Of a stretch of DNA of 64,000 nucleotides, positions 50,972 to 63,865 are shown piece by piece. The position numbers and the translations under genes were made by a program. The first letter of the stretch is position 1, and each line of letters starts with the position of its first letter. Under the pieces are notes generated by a model. It had not been told where the DNA came from, did not search any database, and saw nothing but the letters and a program-made list of their open reading frames with translations. Source of the DNA: Chiloscyllium plagiosum (taxonomy: Eukaryota); assembly GCF_004010195.1 (NCBI RefSeq), contig NC_057737.1, positions 39,868,556-39,932,555 on the forward strand, in the 5' to 3' direction.

Positions 50972-51430
50972 GGATACATAGCACAGTAACAGGCCATTCG
51001 GCCCAACTGGTTGGTGCTGTAATTGATGTTCCACTGGATTCTCCTGTCATCTTTCATTCTAGAAGTTTCCCCTCTACTCCCTTTTCCCTCAGATATCGGT
51101 CAAGATTCCCCTTAAATGCATTCATGCCATCAACTCTTTGTTATAGTCTGTATCACAGTCTTACCACTCATGGGATATGGATGTTTCCTGATCAGATTTC
51201 TTGGTGACCATTCTATTGAAAGCCTTCGGTTATCCTCTTCCTCATAAGGAAAAACATGCTCTCTTTCATAATTTTAAGGATCACTATTACATCACCTCTT
51301 GATCTTTTCTCAATCTGTTCATCGTTTCCTGAGGTATGTACCCAACTGTTCTGGTTTCCTCCTTGTAATATCCTCACCTGTGTCTCCATGCTATTTTTGT
51401 TATGCTGACCAGAACTCCACGCAAGATCCT
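50972..51430 (-). mobile_element. Old CR1 3' region
   Basis: acaggccattcggccc tail motif; accagaactccacgca (from CVEFW). Confidence 0.65.
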
Positions 51431-51699
51431 CGTTGACATATAATTTGTCACCCCGACAGACCTATCTCAGTTTAAAGAGCCTGGGGACACCCAGGGGAAA
51501 AGGGGAGATGGGATAGAGTTGGATCTATCCAGCCTGAAAGCAGACGGTAAAAGTGCCAAGGTGGGCCAGTTAGGAAGCCTGCTCTGGTTCTCCAGGTCTT
51601 TGGCCTAATTGTTATTAAATGCTGTAAGGCTAACTCAGCCTTCACACCCACTCAGCCCCACCCAATCCCATTTCCCTTTACACCCCCATGCCATCTCTC

Positions 51700-52035
51700 T
51701 GGGCAGCACAATGGCTCAGTGGTTAGCACTGCTACCTCACAGCGCCAGGGACCCAGGTTTGATTCCCACCTCAGGTGACTATCTGTGTGGAGTTTGCACA
51801 TTCTCCCCGTGTCTGCGTGGGTTTCCTCCGGGTGTTCCGGTTTCTTCCCACAATCCAAAGATGCACAGGTCAGGTGAATTGACCATGCTAAATTGGCCAT
51901 AGTGTTAGGTTCATTAGTCAGGGGTAAATGTATGGTGGGGAAATGGGTCTGGGTAGGTTACTTTTCAGAGGCTCATTGTGGACTTGTTGGGCCAAAGGGC
52001 CTGTTTCCATACTGTCGGGAATCTAATCTAATCTA
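51700..52035 (+). mobile_element. HE1-type V-SINE
   Basis: Full head, core and (tctaa)n tail. Confidence 0.92.
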
Positions 52036-52364
52036 TAGCCACTTAGAATTAGAACTAGCTTTATTGTCACATGTACTAAAATGAGTCCAGTGAACAGTTT
52101 ATAAATTGCTGCTTATGGCACCATCTTTGGTACAAAGCTACCAAGGTTCACATTCTTAAGTATAAAGTTTTAGGGGAAAACAAATTAGAAAAATAAAGAA
52201 ATGAAAAGTTCAAAATAACAGTCCCTCTATTTAATCCACACTGGCACCTAGCCTCTAGTCCGTGCCAGGCCTTGACTCCAGACTGTGCCCGGCTTCACCT
52301 CGAAGTTCTTGAGGTTGAGAGACTGTTCTCGAATCATCTCAAGGTCTGATGTCCACACTGAGCC

Positions 52365-52570
52365 CACACCAGGCTGAGAGACCACTATGCCAGGTAGAGA
52401 GACCACCACACCAGGCTGAGAGAGAATGCCATGCCGGGCCGAGAGACTGCCGCACCAGGCCGAGAGAGACTGTCGCACCAGGCGTAGGCCAAGAGAGAAT
52501 GCCACACCAGGCTGAGAGACATTGCCGTGTCGGGCCATGAGAGAATGCAACGTCGGGCCAAGAGAGACGG
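52365..52570 (+). repeat. GC-rich minisatellite (~23-30 bp unit, caccaggc(t/c)gagagag...)
   Basis: About 8 imperfect copies. Confidence 0.8.
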
Positions 52571-53310
52571 TCATACTGGGCCATTAGCATCCACTTTAGG
52601 TAGAAATCAAGAACCTCATGGAGGTGAAATAAGAAATATCTAACCAAGACACAAAAATAGTTGAACCATCAGAAAACTCCAATTTATTAAATCCTTACAA
52701 AGTGTTTAAGTTCCCTCCGATTTTCATTTTAAAAAACTAGTTTCTATTCACTAAACCACACCATAAATGTCTGAGATTTTGATAGCCTCTTTAAAGTGTC
52801 AATAAAAATGTCAACTCAGCCCCTCTGCTCAATGTTCTTATAGCCTTTAAAACGTAGTTAAGCATTCAGAGCAATCTCCATTAGAAAAACAGTCATTGGG
52901 AAATTTTCTAAACTATACCAGATGGTCTGTCAATCAAAACAAGCCAATATAGGATTTTTAAAAATAATTCTAACTAGAAGTCTTAGTCTGTTTTTTTAAT
53001 GCTTTAAGATTAGATTTTATTTTAAACTTAAGATCATGGCATTTAAATCTTATCTACCCTGCACAAATGTTTAGGTATACTTCATAATCTGGAATTCTGT
53101 TCACACTGATGTTTAAGGCCCTGTTGCATTGAAAAAAGGGGTCTCTATTAATTTCAAATATTCCTCCCAAATTTTGGTGTGGTTCCTGCCCAACCTTTAC
53201 CCCTACACCAAAATGGAATCTGTCAGAAATGGGGTAAGAACCTTAGGCATCCAGTTCCTGCTCATCAATATTACAGGTTCCAGGGATCGGCTAAAATCCA
53301 GCCTTAAGTG

Positions 53311-53640
53311 ATCTAGAAACCCTATAGTGTAGAAGCAGGCCATTCAGCCCATCATGTCCACACTGCCCTTCCGAAGAGCAACCCACCCAATCCCTGTAAA
53401 CCTGCAATTCCCATGGCTAATCCACCTCGCCTGCACATCCCTAGACACTATGGGGTAATTTAGTGTAGCCAATTCATCTAAGCTGCACATCTTTGGACTG
53501 TGGGAGGAAACCAGAGCAAATCCACACAGACACAGGGACATCATGCAAACTCCCCACAGACAGTTGCCTGAAGGTGGAATTGAACCTGGGTCCCTGGTGG
53601 TATGAGGTAGCAGTTACAAACACTGAGCCACCATGCTGTC
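53311..53640 (-). mobile_element. HE1-type V-SINE
   Basis: Reverse complement of head, core and tail. Confidence 0.88.
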
Positions 53641-54939
53641 TAACCAGCGTTCAAACAGGTTTAGCAAAGTTTCCCTAGATTTCAATTCCATCCCTCAGGA
53701 ATGTTTGGTTTGTTTTTTCTATGGACTTTCTAACCTGTGGTGCAACTCCTAATGATTGATGTATTTGTACAGTGAGATCCTTTTGTTCCTTGACCGGCCC
53801 AGACCTGCATTTGTGAGTAATAAGTGCCTATTCTTCCTATAAAAACATTCTGTGTGTTAAACTTCATATTGTAATTATTTACCATGCTTTAACTTTATTA
53901 ATGTTCTGTGATTTGTCAGTCGTCCACAGGCTGACTAACATGCCTCTCCCTCCCCAATTGTTTGATGTCATCCAAGGGTTTTTGATGTTCCATTTAGATG
54001 TCCAAAGACCAAATTATTAAAGCATGTTGTGAACAGTACTTTCCACCTTCAAAATGACCATTTGCTCCCATCCTATGCTATCTGAGCCCATTACAAAGTA
54101 GTTAATGAAGTGACATTACCCATAGAGTACAGCATTCCCGCACCACTGCACAGAAGTGTTAGCCCGGCCCTTGTGTTCGAGTCTCTCAAGTGGGACTTGA
54201 ACCCACAAATACCAGAGTCCAAGGTGACAATGCCAAGACTGAACCACAGCTGACGCCCAAATGTACCCAGTCTCCTGGAGAAGTTCTTGAGATGGAGTGG
54301 CAGCATCCCTATCTCTGAGCCAAGAGGCCAGGAGTTCCAGTTCACTTGCATTCGAGTTCTGTCATAACATATTGGATTAGGCTGATTGAAAAACAATATC
54401 TACCCAGGGCCCTGTTCTGTTTCATGGTAAGTCTTCCTTAGGCTTGACAATACTGGACAATTGTCACTGTGGTATCCAAACCAAAAGCCATTATAAAGTC
54501 ATACGCAGACCCTTCGGTCCAACTAGTCCATGCCAACCATAATACCAAACTAAACTAGTCCCATCCTCTGCACTTGGCCCATATCTTCCAACATTTCTTA
54601 TTCATGTCCTTAAACATTGTAACTGTACCTGCATCCAACATTTCATCTGGATGTTCATTCAACTTACTTTCCAACTAGAGTTTTCTGGGGACTAAACTGA
54701 ACCAGACCAGGGGGGTGGCAGTTTTACTGGAATATTTTGTAAGCATTCTCATATTTTGGTTTCCCCTTAGCCAACCGGATATGGAAGGATTTGAGAAACT
54801 GTTTAGCATCACTTACACAACTAATAAAAGCAGCTATGCGAGGTGTGAAAGAAGCAAAATCCATGATGTAAAAGCTTCTGTGTTTCTTTTTTTTCATTAC
54901 AAAGGGTGCTACAGTAAAATAAAAGTGGGTGGACGAATG

Positions 54940-55760
54940 GTATTGTTGACAAAGCTTAAAACAACATTAGAATTCACAGATGACACAAGACTTAAGTGGA
55001 AGTGTTTTTGAACTGTGAGAGGCCCTGAACGGACAAGCTGGTGGCATGGGCAGACAGACGGAGGTGGATATAATGCAATATTAGGATGTGTGAAGTAATA
55101 CATTTTGATAGGAAAAATGAGGGAGTTGTTCTTAAGGTGTGTCGGAACCAAGGGATAGTGAGTGTATGAAGGTGCTAGAGCAGATTGAGAAATTATCTAA
55201 AAAGGCAAGTGGGATCTGAGACTTTATAGATAGGACAGAGAGTTAAAACAAGGATGTTATGGTACAGTATTACAAAGCCCTGATTTTTCTCAACAGGAAT
55301 GTTGTGCCTCAATCTAAGCCCCATGTCAGGAAGGATGTGAAGCTTTTAACAGAAAAAGAAAGATTTGCAAGAGTAGTTTCAGAAACTTAAAGTTATGTGG
55401 ACAGATTGAACAAACAAAGCCTGTTCTCCTTGGCATGGAGAAGATTACATGGCAATTAGCTACAAGTGCTCCAAGCCATGAAGGTTTGGACTGTGTCGAA
55501 GGAGAAATTTCTTATTATAATGAAGATAGAAATCTACAGGACACAGATTTAAGGTGATGAAAACAAAAGAAATTAGAACTACAGGAAAATCTGTTTTTCG
55601 CAGTGAGTGATTAGGATCAGGAATGTGCTACTTGAAAAGAGGCAGATCCAATCCTGACTTTCAACTGGGGATCGGAGATAAAACATGAAGAAGAAAATAA
55701 AAACTCCAGGGTTGAAAAGTGGGAGGAATGGCACTAGTTTAATGACACTGCCAGCAGGTG
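54940..55760 (+). mobile_element. Old CR1 RT 3' region
   Basis: EFTDDTRL; degenerate downstream CR1 motifs. Confidence 0.7.
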
Positions 55761-56772
55761 GAGCTGCAAGTTGCTTCTCGGTACATTAGCAAGGTTAGAA
55801 CCCACTCCTAATTTCGGAAACAGAATGCTCACAATCCTTTCATTTATTAGCTGTGGCAATATTCCTGAAGGCAAATCATTCCAGAATATTATCAGTGAAA
55901 CGGTACCCACAGCACAGAGTGCTGAGCACGAATGACCACTTCCTTAGTGTTCACAAGAGAGAAAGAACTGGTATTCCTAACATTCTTTAGATATCCCAAA
56001 GTGCCAATAAAGTGTATTTCTTGTTATAATTTGGACAAAGAACTGATTTGACTGTCCAAGGCCCATAAAAAACAACCCATAGAAATATGTGCATTCAACA
56101 GCAATGAAGAATTTTTCCATTGCCTCAGGAAATCAGGAAGGAGACCAATTGTTCACTGTCTGAGTTGATGTTGATGTTACACCAAATCTTAATTTGCAGA
56201 TCTAATGGCAAACGTTACATCAAAAGCCACTTGGAGACAGGTGGAGAAGGCCACTGGTTTCTCACTCACTCTTGTATGGACTTGCCTTTGTTCTTCTCAA
56301 ATACACAGCTCCCTTGAGAACAGAGACTTTTCCATTTGGATCTGCCCTTGATGGATTCTCCTGCCATGGTGTGGAGTCTGATTAACAGACTCTGAGGTGG
56401 GGTTTGTACCTGAGTTTAGAATGTGCTGTGAAGCAGTTTCCCATGATCAGCTGGCTTTAGAGTCATGGAAACAGACCCTTCGGTCCAACTCGTCCATGCC
56501 AACCATGTGTCCGAACCTAATCTGGTCCCATTTGCCAACACTTGGCCTATATCCCTCTAAACCTTCCTTATTCATTTACCCATCCAGATACCTTTTAAAT
56601 GTTGTAATTGGAGCATCCTCCTTCCCTTCTTCTGGCAGCTCATTCCATACACGCACCAAAGTCTATGTGAAAAGATTGCCCCGTAAGTCCCTTTCATACC
56701 TTTCCCCTCACCCTAAACCTATGCCCTTCCCTACCCTGGGGAACAAAGACCTTGTCTATTTATCCTACCCAT

Positions 56773-57360
56773 AGTTAAAATCACACAACATCAGGTTATA
56801 GTATAACAAGCTTGTTTGGAAGCACCAGCTTTTGCAGCCAGCTCCTTCATCAGGTGGTTGTGGAGTACAGGTTCCTTTATCCAACATCCCGAAATCCGAA
56901 AAGCTCTGAAATCCGAAGGATTTTTTGTGAATTTTTTTCTCATTAACAAGGTTGTTTGGCATACAAACAGTTAACCCAACTCCATGCTCACTCAATGCAT
57001 TGGCGGGCGGGGGGGGTGGCCCAACACTGACAGACCTCAATTCTGTTTCAGGGCCCATTACTCACAGAGAGTCTGCTGTTAGGTAAGTTTTTTTTTAATT
57101 TCACCATCAAACTGTCACTTATTCTGAAATTCATAAAAGTTCTGAATTCCGAAAACCAGCTGGTCCCGATCATTTCGGATAAAGGATTGTGCACCTGTAC
57201 TGTATTACTCCATATACAAAATGTATTATTTCACAACCACCTGATGAAGGAGCAGCGCTCCAAAAGCTAGTGCTTCCAAATAAAGCTGTTGGACTATAAC
57301 CTGATGTTGTGTGATTTTTAACTTTGTCCACCCCCAGTCTAACACCGGCTCCTCCACATC
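56773..57360. mobile_element. Fold-back Penelope-derived insertion (same family as 40696)
   Basis: Inverted arms 56773-56862 and 57231-57322, each carrying a ctgatgaaggagc hammerhead motif. Confidence 0.82.
56868..57197. mobile_element. Non-autonomous Tc1/mariner (Tigger/pogo-like) MITE
   Basis: TA duplication on both sides; TIRs caggt..tcctttatcc / ggataaagga..acctg; subterminal tccgaaa repeats. Confidence 0.8.
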
Positions 57361-57739
57361 ATATCCTATCAATGCCCCTCAGGATTTTATAAACCTCTAT
57401 AAAGTCACCCCTCAGCCTCCTACACCAGAAAAAACAGCTCCAGCCTATTCAACCTCTCCCTATAGCTCAAACCCTCCAATCGAAACTGTCATGAGAATGT
57501 GGAATCCTCTATTTTGACCTACATAGTAACCCAGTGTTGCTTTCCACAGCAATACCAGACTAGAGCTTCCTACTTATAATCTCTTAGAGAAACTGTATCA
57601 GCAAATCCAAGTCTGGGGCAGCAATGGATAACCTGGCAGTAAAATTAAAAACGATTATTTCGAGAATGGCTGAGACACTGACCGATACAAGAGTGCAGAG
57701 GATATAGGAAATGCTCATTTCTCTGGTTCAGAATAACTT

Positions 57740-60010
57740 CCGTGTGGCAACAGAAGTGACAGAGCAGAACTGTTGACTCCTCCTAAGATCAACAGGAGAC
57801 TTTGCGGCTGTTCTCCTTGGAGTATAGAAAGCTGAGAGGAGATCTAATGGAGGTGATAAATCTGAACCTTCAGGATCTGAACAATGAAGGAGCGACCTTA
57901 TAGAAACACATAAGGTTCTGTGGAAGCATGACAAGTTGGTTATTCACACCAGCAGGAGATCTCGAACCACAGTATTCACTTACAGAATAAGGGGACACTC
58001 ATTTAAAACTGATATGCAAAGGAACATCTCTCACTGGATAGTGAATGTTTGCAGTTCTGTACCCCCAGAGGGCTGTGGAGGCTAGATCACTGAAAATATT
58101 TAAGGAGGAGTTGCATAGATGTTTGAAATCTCAGGGAGTTGAGAGTTATGAGTAGTTGACATGAAAAAGCAGTAAGGCCTGGGCAATTCTTTGGAATTCT
58201 TCTTTGGATAATCGTTGGAATGGTTTCACCATCTGTAATCAACTAAGAAGGTTAAAGAGAGTATCAAGCTAAAGGAAGAAGCATAACATTGTGCATAGAC
58301 AGCTGGCAGGCCAGAGGATTGGACAGAATATAAAATACAATGAAAAAAAAGTGACCAAAAAATTAGTAAGGAGGGAAAAAAATCACAATGCTCAAGAAAG
58401 CTAGCCAGAAATATAAAAACAGATAATGAGCATTTCTATAAATGTTTTTAAAGGGAAAAAGTTAATAAAGTGAACATTGGTCTGTTAGAAAGTGACGCCT
58501 CCCTTATAGATGATGGACAGACTTTGGGGAATTAGGAGGTGAGTTAGTCACTGCAGGATTCCTGGGGTCTGACCTGCTCTTGTGATCGCAGTGTTCATAT
58601 GGTTGGTCCAGTTCAGACTGGGTGCCGTCAGAGTGCTGAAATGGATGTTGTCAAGAACTTGGGTTCTGATGGATTTCATCATAGGGTCTTAACTGAAGTG
58701 CTGGTGAGATTGTTCATGCATTGGTTTTAATTTTTTAAAACCTCCCTTGATTCATTAGATTAGAAGATAGCAAAGATAACTCCTGTATTCAAAATGGGAG
58801 GGAGACACAAAACAGGAAATTTACAGGCTTAATGTCTGTCAAAGGAGAAGTGATAGAAGCTATTATTAAAGAAATCACACAAGGGCACTTAGACAACTTC
58901 TAACTAATTGTGAAGCACTTATATGGTTTTGTGGAAGGGAAATTATTTTTAACCGATCTATTGAAGCTCATTGTGTTGGTAAAAGTGAACCAGTACTGGT
59001 GAAAAGAAAAAACTCATGCTGTAGGAGGCAGCATATTGGCATAGGTAGGAGATTTGGCTGGCTAACAAGGAACAGAGAATTGGCAGAAACATATATTTTT
59101 CACGTTGATGCTATCTAATGGGTGATGTGCCACAATCATTAGTGCGAGGACCTCAACAGTTTACAAATTATATGAATGACTTAGATGAAGGGCCAGGAGA
59201 TATGGTTGCCGAAATTGCTGATGACACAAAGATAAGTATGAAAGTAAGTTCTGAAGAAGTCATAAGGAGGCAGAAAAAAAAACGTGGATAGGTTAAAAGT
59301 GTGTGGGCAACGATGTGGCTCATTGAGTGTAATGTGGGAAAATGTGAAATTGTGGGCAGGAACAATGAAAAAGAAACAAATCATCAAAATCACCTCAATA
59401 GGTGAGAGATTGCAGAGCAGTGAGATGGAGAGAGATATGTGTGATCCCGGGGATGAATCTCAAAAGTATCACCCAGCTAGTAATGAAGAAAGCTAACAGA
59501 ACGTTATAATTTACCACAAAGAGAACTGAATACAAAGGGAAGTTATCCTTCAGTTATACAGTTATTAATCATTTTATTTAAGTAAGGATGTCATGTTTTG
59601 GAAGGCAGATCCGAGAGACTGATAACTGGAATGAGGACTATCTAATGAGGAAAGGTTGGACAAAGTTGGCGTATATATGCTGGAGTTTAGAAGATTAAAG
59701 ACAACTTGATTGAAGCATATCAAACTCTGAGTGGTCTTGAATTGGTGGATATGGAAAGCATGTAACCTGTTGTGATAGAATCCAGAACTAGAAGTCACTG
59801 TTTAAAAAAATTGGGACTTGCCCATTTAAACAGTGATATTTTCTCTCAGAAGGTTGTGGATCTTTGGAACTCTCTTTTGAACGCTTTTAAGGAAGAAATA
59901 GATAAGATAGTTGATAAGCAAGGGAGTGAAAGTTATCAGGGAATGCAGGCTTGAGGCTACAGTCAGGTTAGCCATGGTCAGACTGAATGGTGAAGGCAGG
60001 CTTGAGGCCT
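57740..60010 (+). mobile_element. Old CR1 fragments (two or more copies)
   Basis: EIADDTKI, KVVDLWNSL and other degenerate CR1 motifs. Confidence 0.8.
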
Positions 60011-60949
60011 GTGTGGGGGCTCAGGTCTGTGATTTGGACAGGTTTAGACAGATTGAGACTTAACACCTGCTCCTAAACTCAAGGAAACAGGGAAGAGCCC
60101 ACAGAAAAAATAAAGAAAAGTCAAGCAGATATAGCCCAAAACAAAGAGCACAATCTTCCCTGTCCCTGGGCACTGGTGAGAAAGTCACATGAAGTGGGCA
60201 ATCAGAGATACTTGACATGGAGTGCAAAAGAAATTTATTTTTCCAAACAAGTGTTGAGCAGCGAGATGTGAATCGTGAATAGTGATAGGCTTATTTCTGT
60301 GTGTTAACATCTTGTTATTGGTGAGACAGCCTTCAATCAGAGGGTAATAAGTCCAGGGCTGTGTCCCCTGTCCATCCAGGGACTTGTACATGGTCAGTTG
60401 CTGCTTAGAGATGTCAGGGCCAGGTGGTCTGTATCACTACAGTCTGGGAAGCGAACCACAGTCAGTGCAATAGTTCTAGTTCAACCAGCCTGAGGATTGG
60501 TGGTAAGTCGACCAAGGGTCAACTCATCAGTTGAACTGTCTGTCCAAGTCAGTTGTGGGTTGGAACATGGTCAGTCTCAGGGTGGGTGGGGTGGAGGGTC
60601 AGCTCATTGAAAATCAAAGAGTGTCATCAGGGGCCACTGACGTGGTAGAGAGTTTGGGAAATCAATTCTTTGGATTGGATGCAGAGGGAACAATAATGTG
60701 AAGGAGGAGAACAAATTCATAAGGGAGGGAGTGAGTCAAGAATGCATTGGCATTCAAATGCAGCATATTGAAATGAAATAAATAAATCAGTTTCGTGTTT
60801 GCAACCTCAGAAGTGGGGAGAGAAGAGATGAAAAGATGGGTTATGCAAATTTTATGTTTGCTTGGAAAGATGTCATAGAAAGGGTGGGGATGTTGAGAGT
60901 CACATTCTTGCTAGCCTTTTGTGAATGATAGAACTGGAGCCAAGTCTTT

Positions 60950-62912
60950 TGTGATGACTCAGGGTAAACACTCCTGCTTAATTTAAAACCAGCAACACAG
61001 AAAAGATTTACACTGTGCAGTAATGTGTGAAAATTCGTGAGGCCAAGAACTAGTTCAAGTAAAAATTAAAACTTTATTTCTTAAAGTGTAACAGACAATA
61101 ATTAATTAAAAACTATTTACCATTCCTTCCTCTAACTTATCTTTTACCTTCCCTTCTATAATACTTGTCTGATAAAACTCCCAATTAAGATTTACAAAAC
61201 AACACTTCTTATCTGAAAACCAGGCCACTTTCAGTTTTCTCTGTAATCCTGTCTTCTTCTTCTTGGGAAGTTTGCTTCATGAGTTACTGATCAATTAAGG
61301 TATCTTTTAAGAGAGCTATTTTCTGGGCAGTGTGCAGATGTCATTAGCTTGGCAGTTCTCCCAACCATTCAATTTTCCCCAGCCTTATACCCCAAAGCAT
61401 CGGATTGTGTCATTGGCTTTTAAGATCGTCAATATACTCAATAAACTTGTTTGGAATTTGGGATTTTTCAGGGTATAATTTAAATTGATTGGCCTAATTC
61501 AAATCTGTTTTGTCATTTCCAGGCAACCAGCTATCCCACTAGCTGGAGCACATTTACTGAATTGAACTGAATTGAATTGAATTGAATTTATTGTCATGTG
61601 TACCGAGGCACAGTGAAAAGCTTTGTCTTGCGAGCAATACAGGCAGATCACAGAGTTAAGTAGCATAGATAGTAAATAATAGGTAAACAGCAACAAAAAC
61701 ATAAATACAGGTACAGGCGAATGTTAAGAGTTTGTGAGAACATTCGGTATTCTAACAACAGTAGGGTAGAAACTGTTACGAAACTAGCTGGAAGAAGAGA
61801 CGTTGTTGTGCCTTTGTACCCAGTGCATCCACATGAAGAGTCCAAGAAAGCTTGTTGTGGATGACCACTCCCAGGAGCTTGACATCTCCACTTGTTCCAC
61901 CTCTGTGCTGTTAATGTGCGGGGGGGGGGGACATGAGTAACATTCCGCCGAAAGTCAACAATGAGTTCCTTGGTTTTGCTGGCATTGAGAGCTAGGTTGT
62001 TCTCAGGGCACCATTTTTCCAGGTCTTCCAAATCCCGTCTGTAGTCTGTTTCTTCGCCATCTAAGATTTGACCAATTATGGTGGTGTCATTAGCGTGCTT
62101 GTAAATGGTATTAGTCTGGTATTTGGCGAGGTATTCAGGGGTTTACAGTGAGTACAGTAGGGGGCTGAGTATGCACTCCTAGGGGGCTCCAGTGTTTAGT
62201 GTTAGTGACGATGAAATATTGTCCACAATCTTCACTGATTGTGGCCTGTGGGTCAGGAAACTGAGAATGGTGGGGCTTTGTCCGAGATCACTAAGTTTAG
62301 TAATCAGTCTTGAGGGGATAATAGTATTGAAGGCTGAAGTGTAGTCAATGAGTAGGATTCTTACGTAGCTGTTCTTGGTGTCAAGATGTTCTAGGAAGGA
62401 GTGAAGGGCAAGTGATACGGCTTCTGACGTGGAGCTGTTGGTCCGATAGGCAAATTGGAATGGGTCAAGAGTAGTGGGGAGGCTGGAGTTGATTAATGCC
62501 ATGACCAGCCTTTCAAAGCATTTCATGACCACTGAAGTTAGGGCCACTGAGCAGTAGTCATTGAGACATGCTGCATGTGCCTACTTAGGCACCGGTATGA
62601 TGTTGGCCCTCTTGAAACAGGCAGGGACAGTGGCCTGCTGCAGGGAGAGGTTGAAGATGTCTGAGAAGACCTCTGCACATGCTGTGAGTGCACGGCCTGG
62701 TACTCCGACTGGTCCCATCGCTTTCCTAGGATTCACACGAAGGAAAACTGATCTGACCTCTGATGCAGTGACTGTTCGGATAGGTTCATCAGGACTTGTT
62801 GGAATAGGGGTTACCGAATAGGTGTTAAGTTGTGTCTTATTGAGAACACTTGGTGCTGTCACTGCTAGCTTTTACTCTCCTAAAGGCATAGTACATCCAC
62901 ATCTTCATAACA
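60950..62912 (-). mobile_element. Solo LTR (~650 bp) split by a Rex1 insertion
   Basis: Termini tgtgatga...tcataaca (imperfect inverted repeat); CTTT duplication at 60946-60949 and 62913-62916; AATAAA on the minus strand near 61075. Confidence 0.78.
61557..62863 (-). mobile_element. Rex1/Babar LINE, 5'-truncated RT
   Basis: [46 protein letters not shown]; (attga)n tail. Confidence 0.93.
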
Positions 62913-63059
62913 CTTTACACACTTGTAAATTACTATTTACAAAGGACACACATTGCATTACACCTCCAAAGCTCAACAATCACAGTTTCAGCCAGCCTCT
63001 ATATATAAATAGGAGCACAAATGAATCTAATCGTTCAAACTAAACATGCAGTTTATATA

Positions 63060-63865
63060 AAAATGATGCTGCTGTGATTGAGGAGTAGACCAGGGTGTCA
63101 AAGAGGGAATGGTTCTTTCAGAATAGGTGACAGCAATGGTAGAGGAGCCTCTGTTGAAGCTGAAGGCTGGTTGCAGACAATGGAACCTTATCATGATTCT
63201 CAGAAGGAGATGGAAGGGTGAGAGCAGAAGGTGGGAAATGGATCAGACCCAGTTCAGGATCTTAAACACAGCAGAGAGGAATCGTCAACTGCGGGAAATG
63301 GAAGACAGAGCAGCAACACTGATATTGAGGATAGTACCTTCAGAATAGATAAAAGGGACAGAAAAATGGGAAAACAAGAATAAAATCCTTGTAGAAAGCA
63401 GGTTGAGAGGAAGGGTAATTGAAGTTGCTTTGACCTTTAAAGAGTTTCTAATAGATATTTGTTGATCACCTTTCCTCAGAACTGGTGGGAGAGAAAGCGA
63501 GGGAGGGAAGAGTCTGAGACAGATCATGTGAAGGTGAGGGAGAAGTAGAATTTGGATGGAGCACTGAGTAGATTTTCCAGTTCAGTGTGAGACCAGCAAA
63601 TGACATTGACATAGTCATCAGTGTACTGGAAAAAGAGCTGGGGGTGGGTGTCCATATCCGATTAAACCATGGAATCTTCCATGTGGTTCACAAAAAGGTA
63701 GATGGGAATAAATAAACTCTGAAGGAAGAAGAGTGTGAAACAATGGGACCACCAGAATGATCGCGTTTGTGATTGGAAAGTAACTAGAATTGAGTTAAAC
63801 TGTGGTTTAATGAGGTTGGAGGAGTACAAGAAAGATTTCAGTGACAATCAGTGACAACTTGAAAA
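63060..63865 (-). mobile_element. Degenerate Penelope-like RT fragment
   Basis: Minus strand YLFVNHMEDSM and FFQYTDDYV (from RYIDD). Confidence 0.65.

Larger units (their letters stand above)
56455..57480 (-). mobile_element. CR1/HER1 3' end hosting nested insertions
   Basis: CR1 sequence breaks at tatcctacc (~56770) and resumes at tatcctatc (~57362). Confidence 0.88.

Noticed and set aside
52365-52570. CRISPR-like array
   Set aside because: Degenerate tandem units with no unique spacers, in vertebrate DNA with no cas genes.
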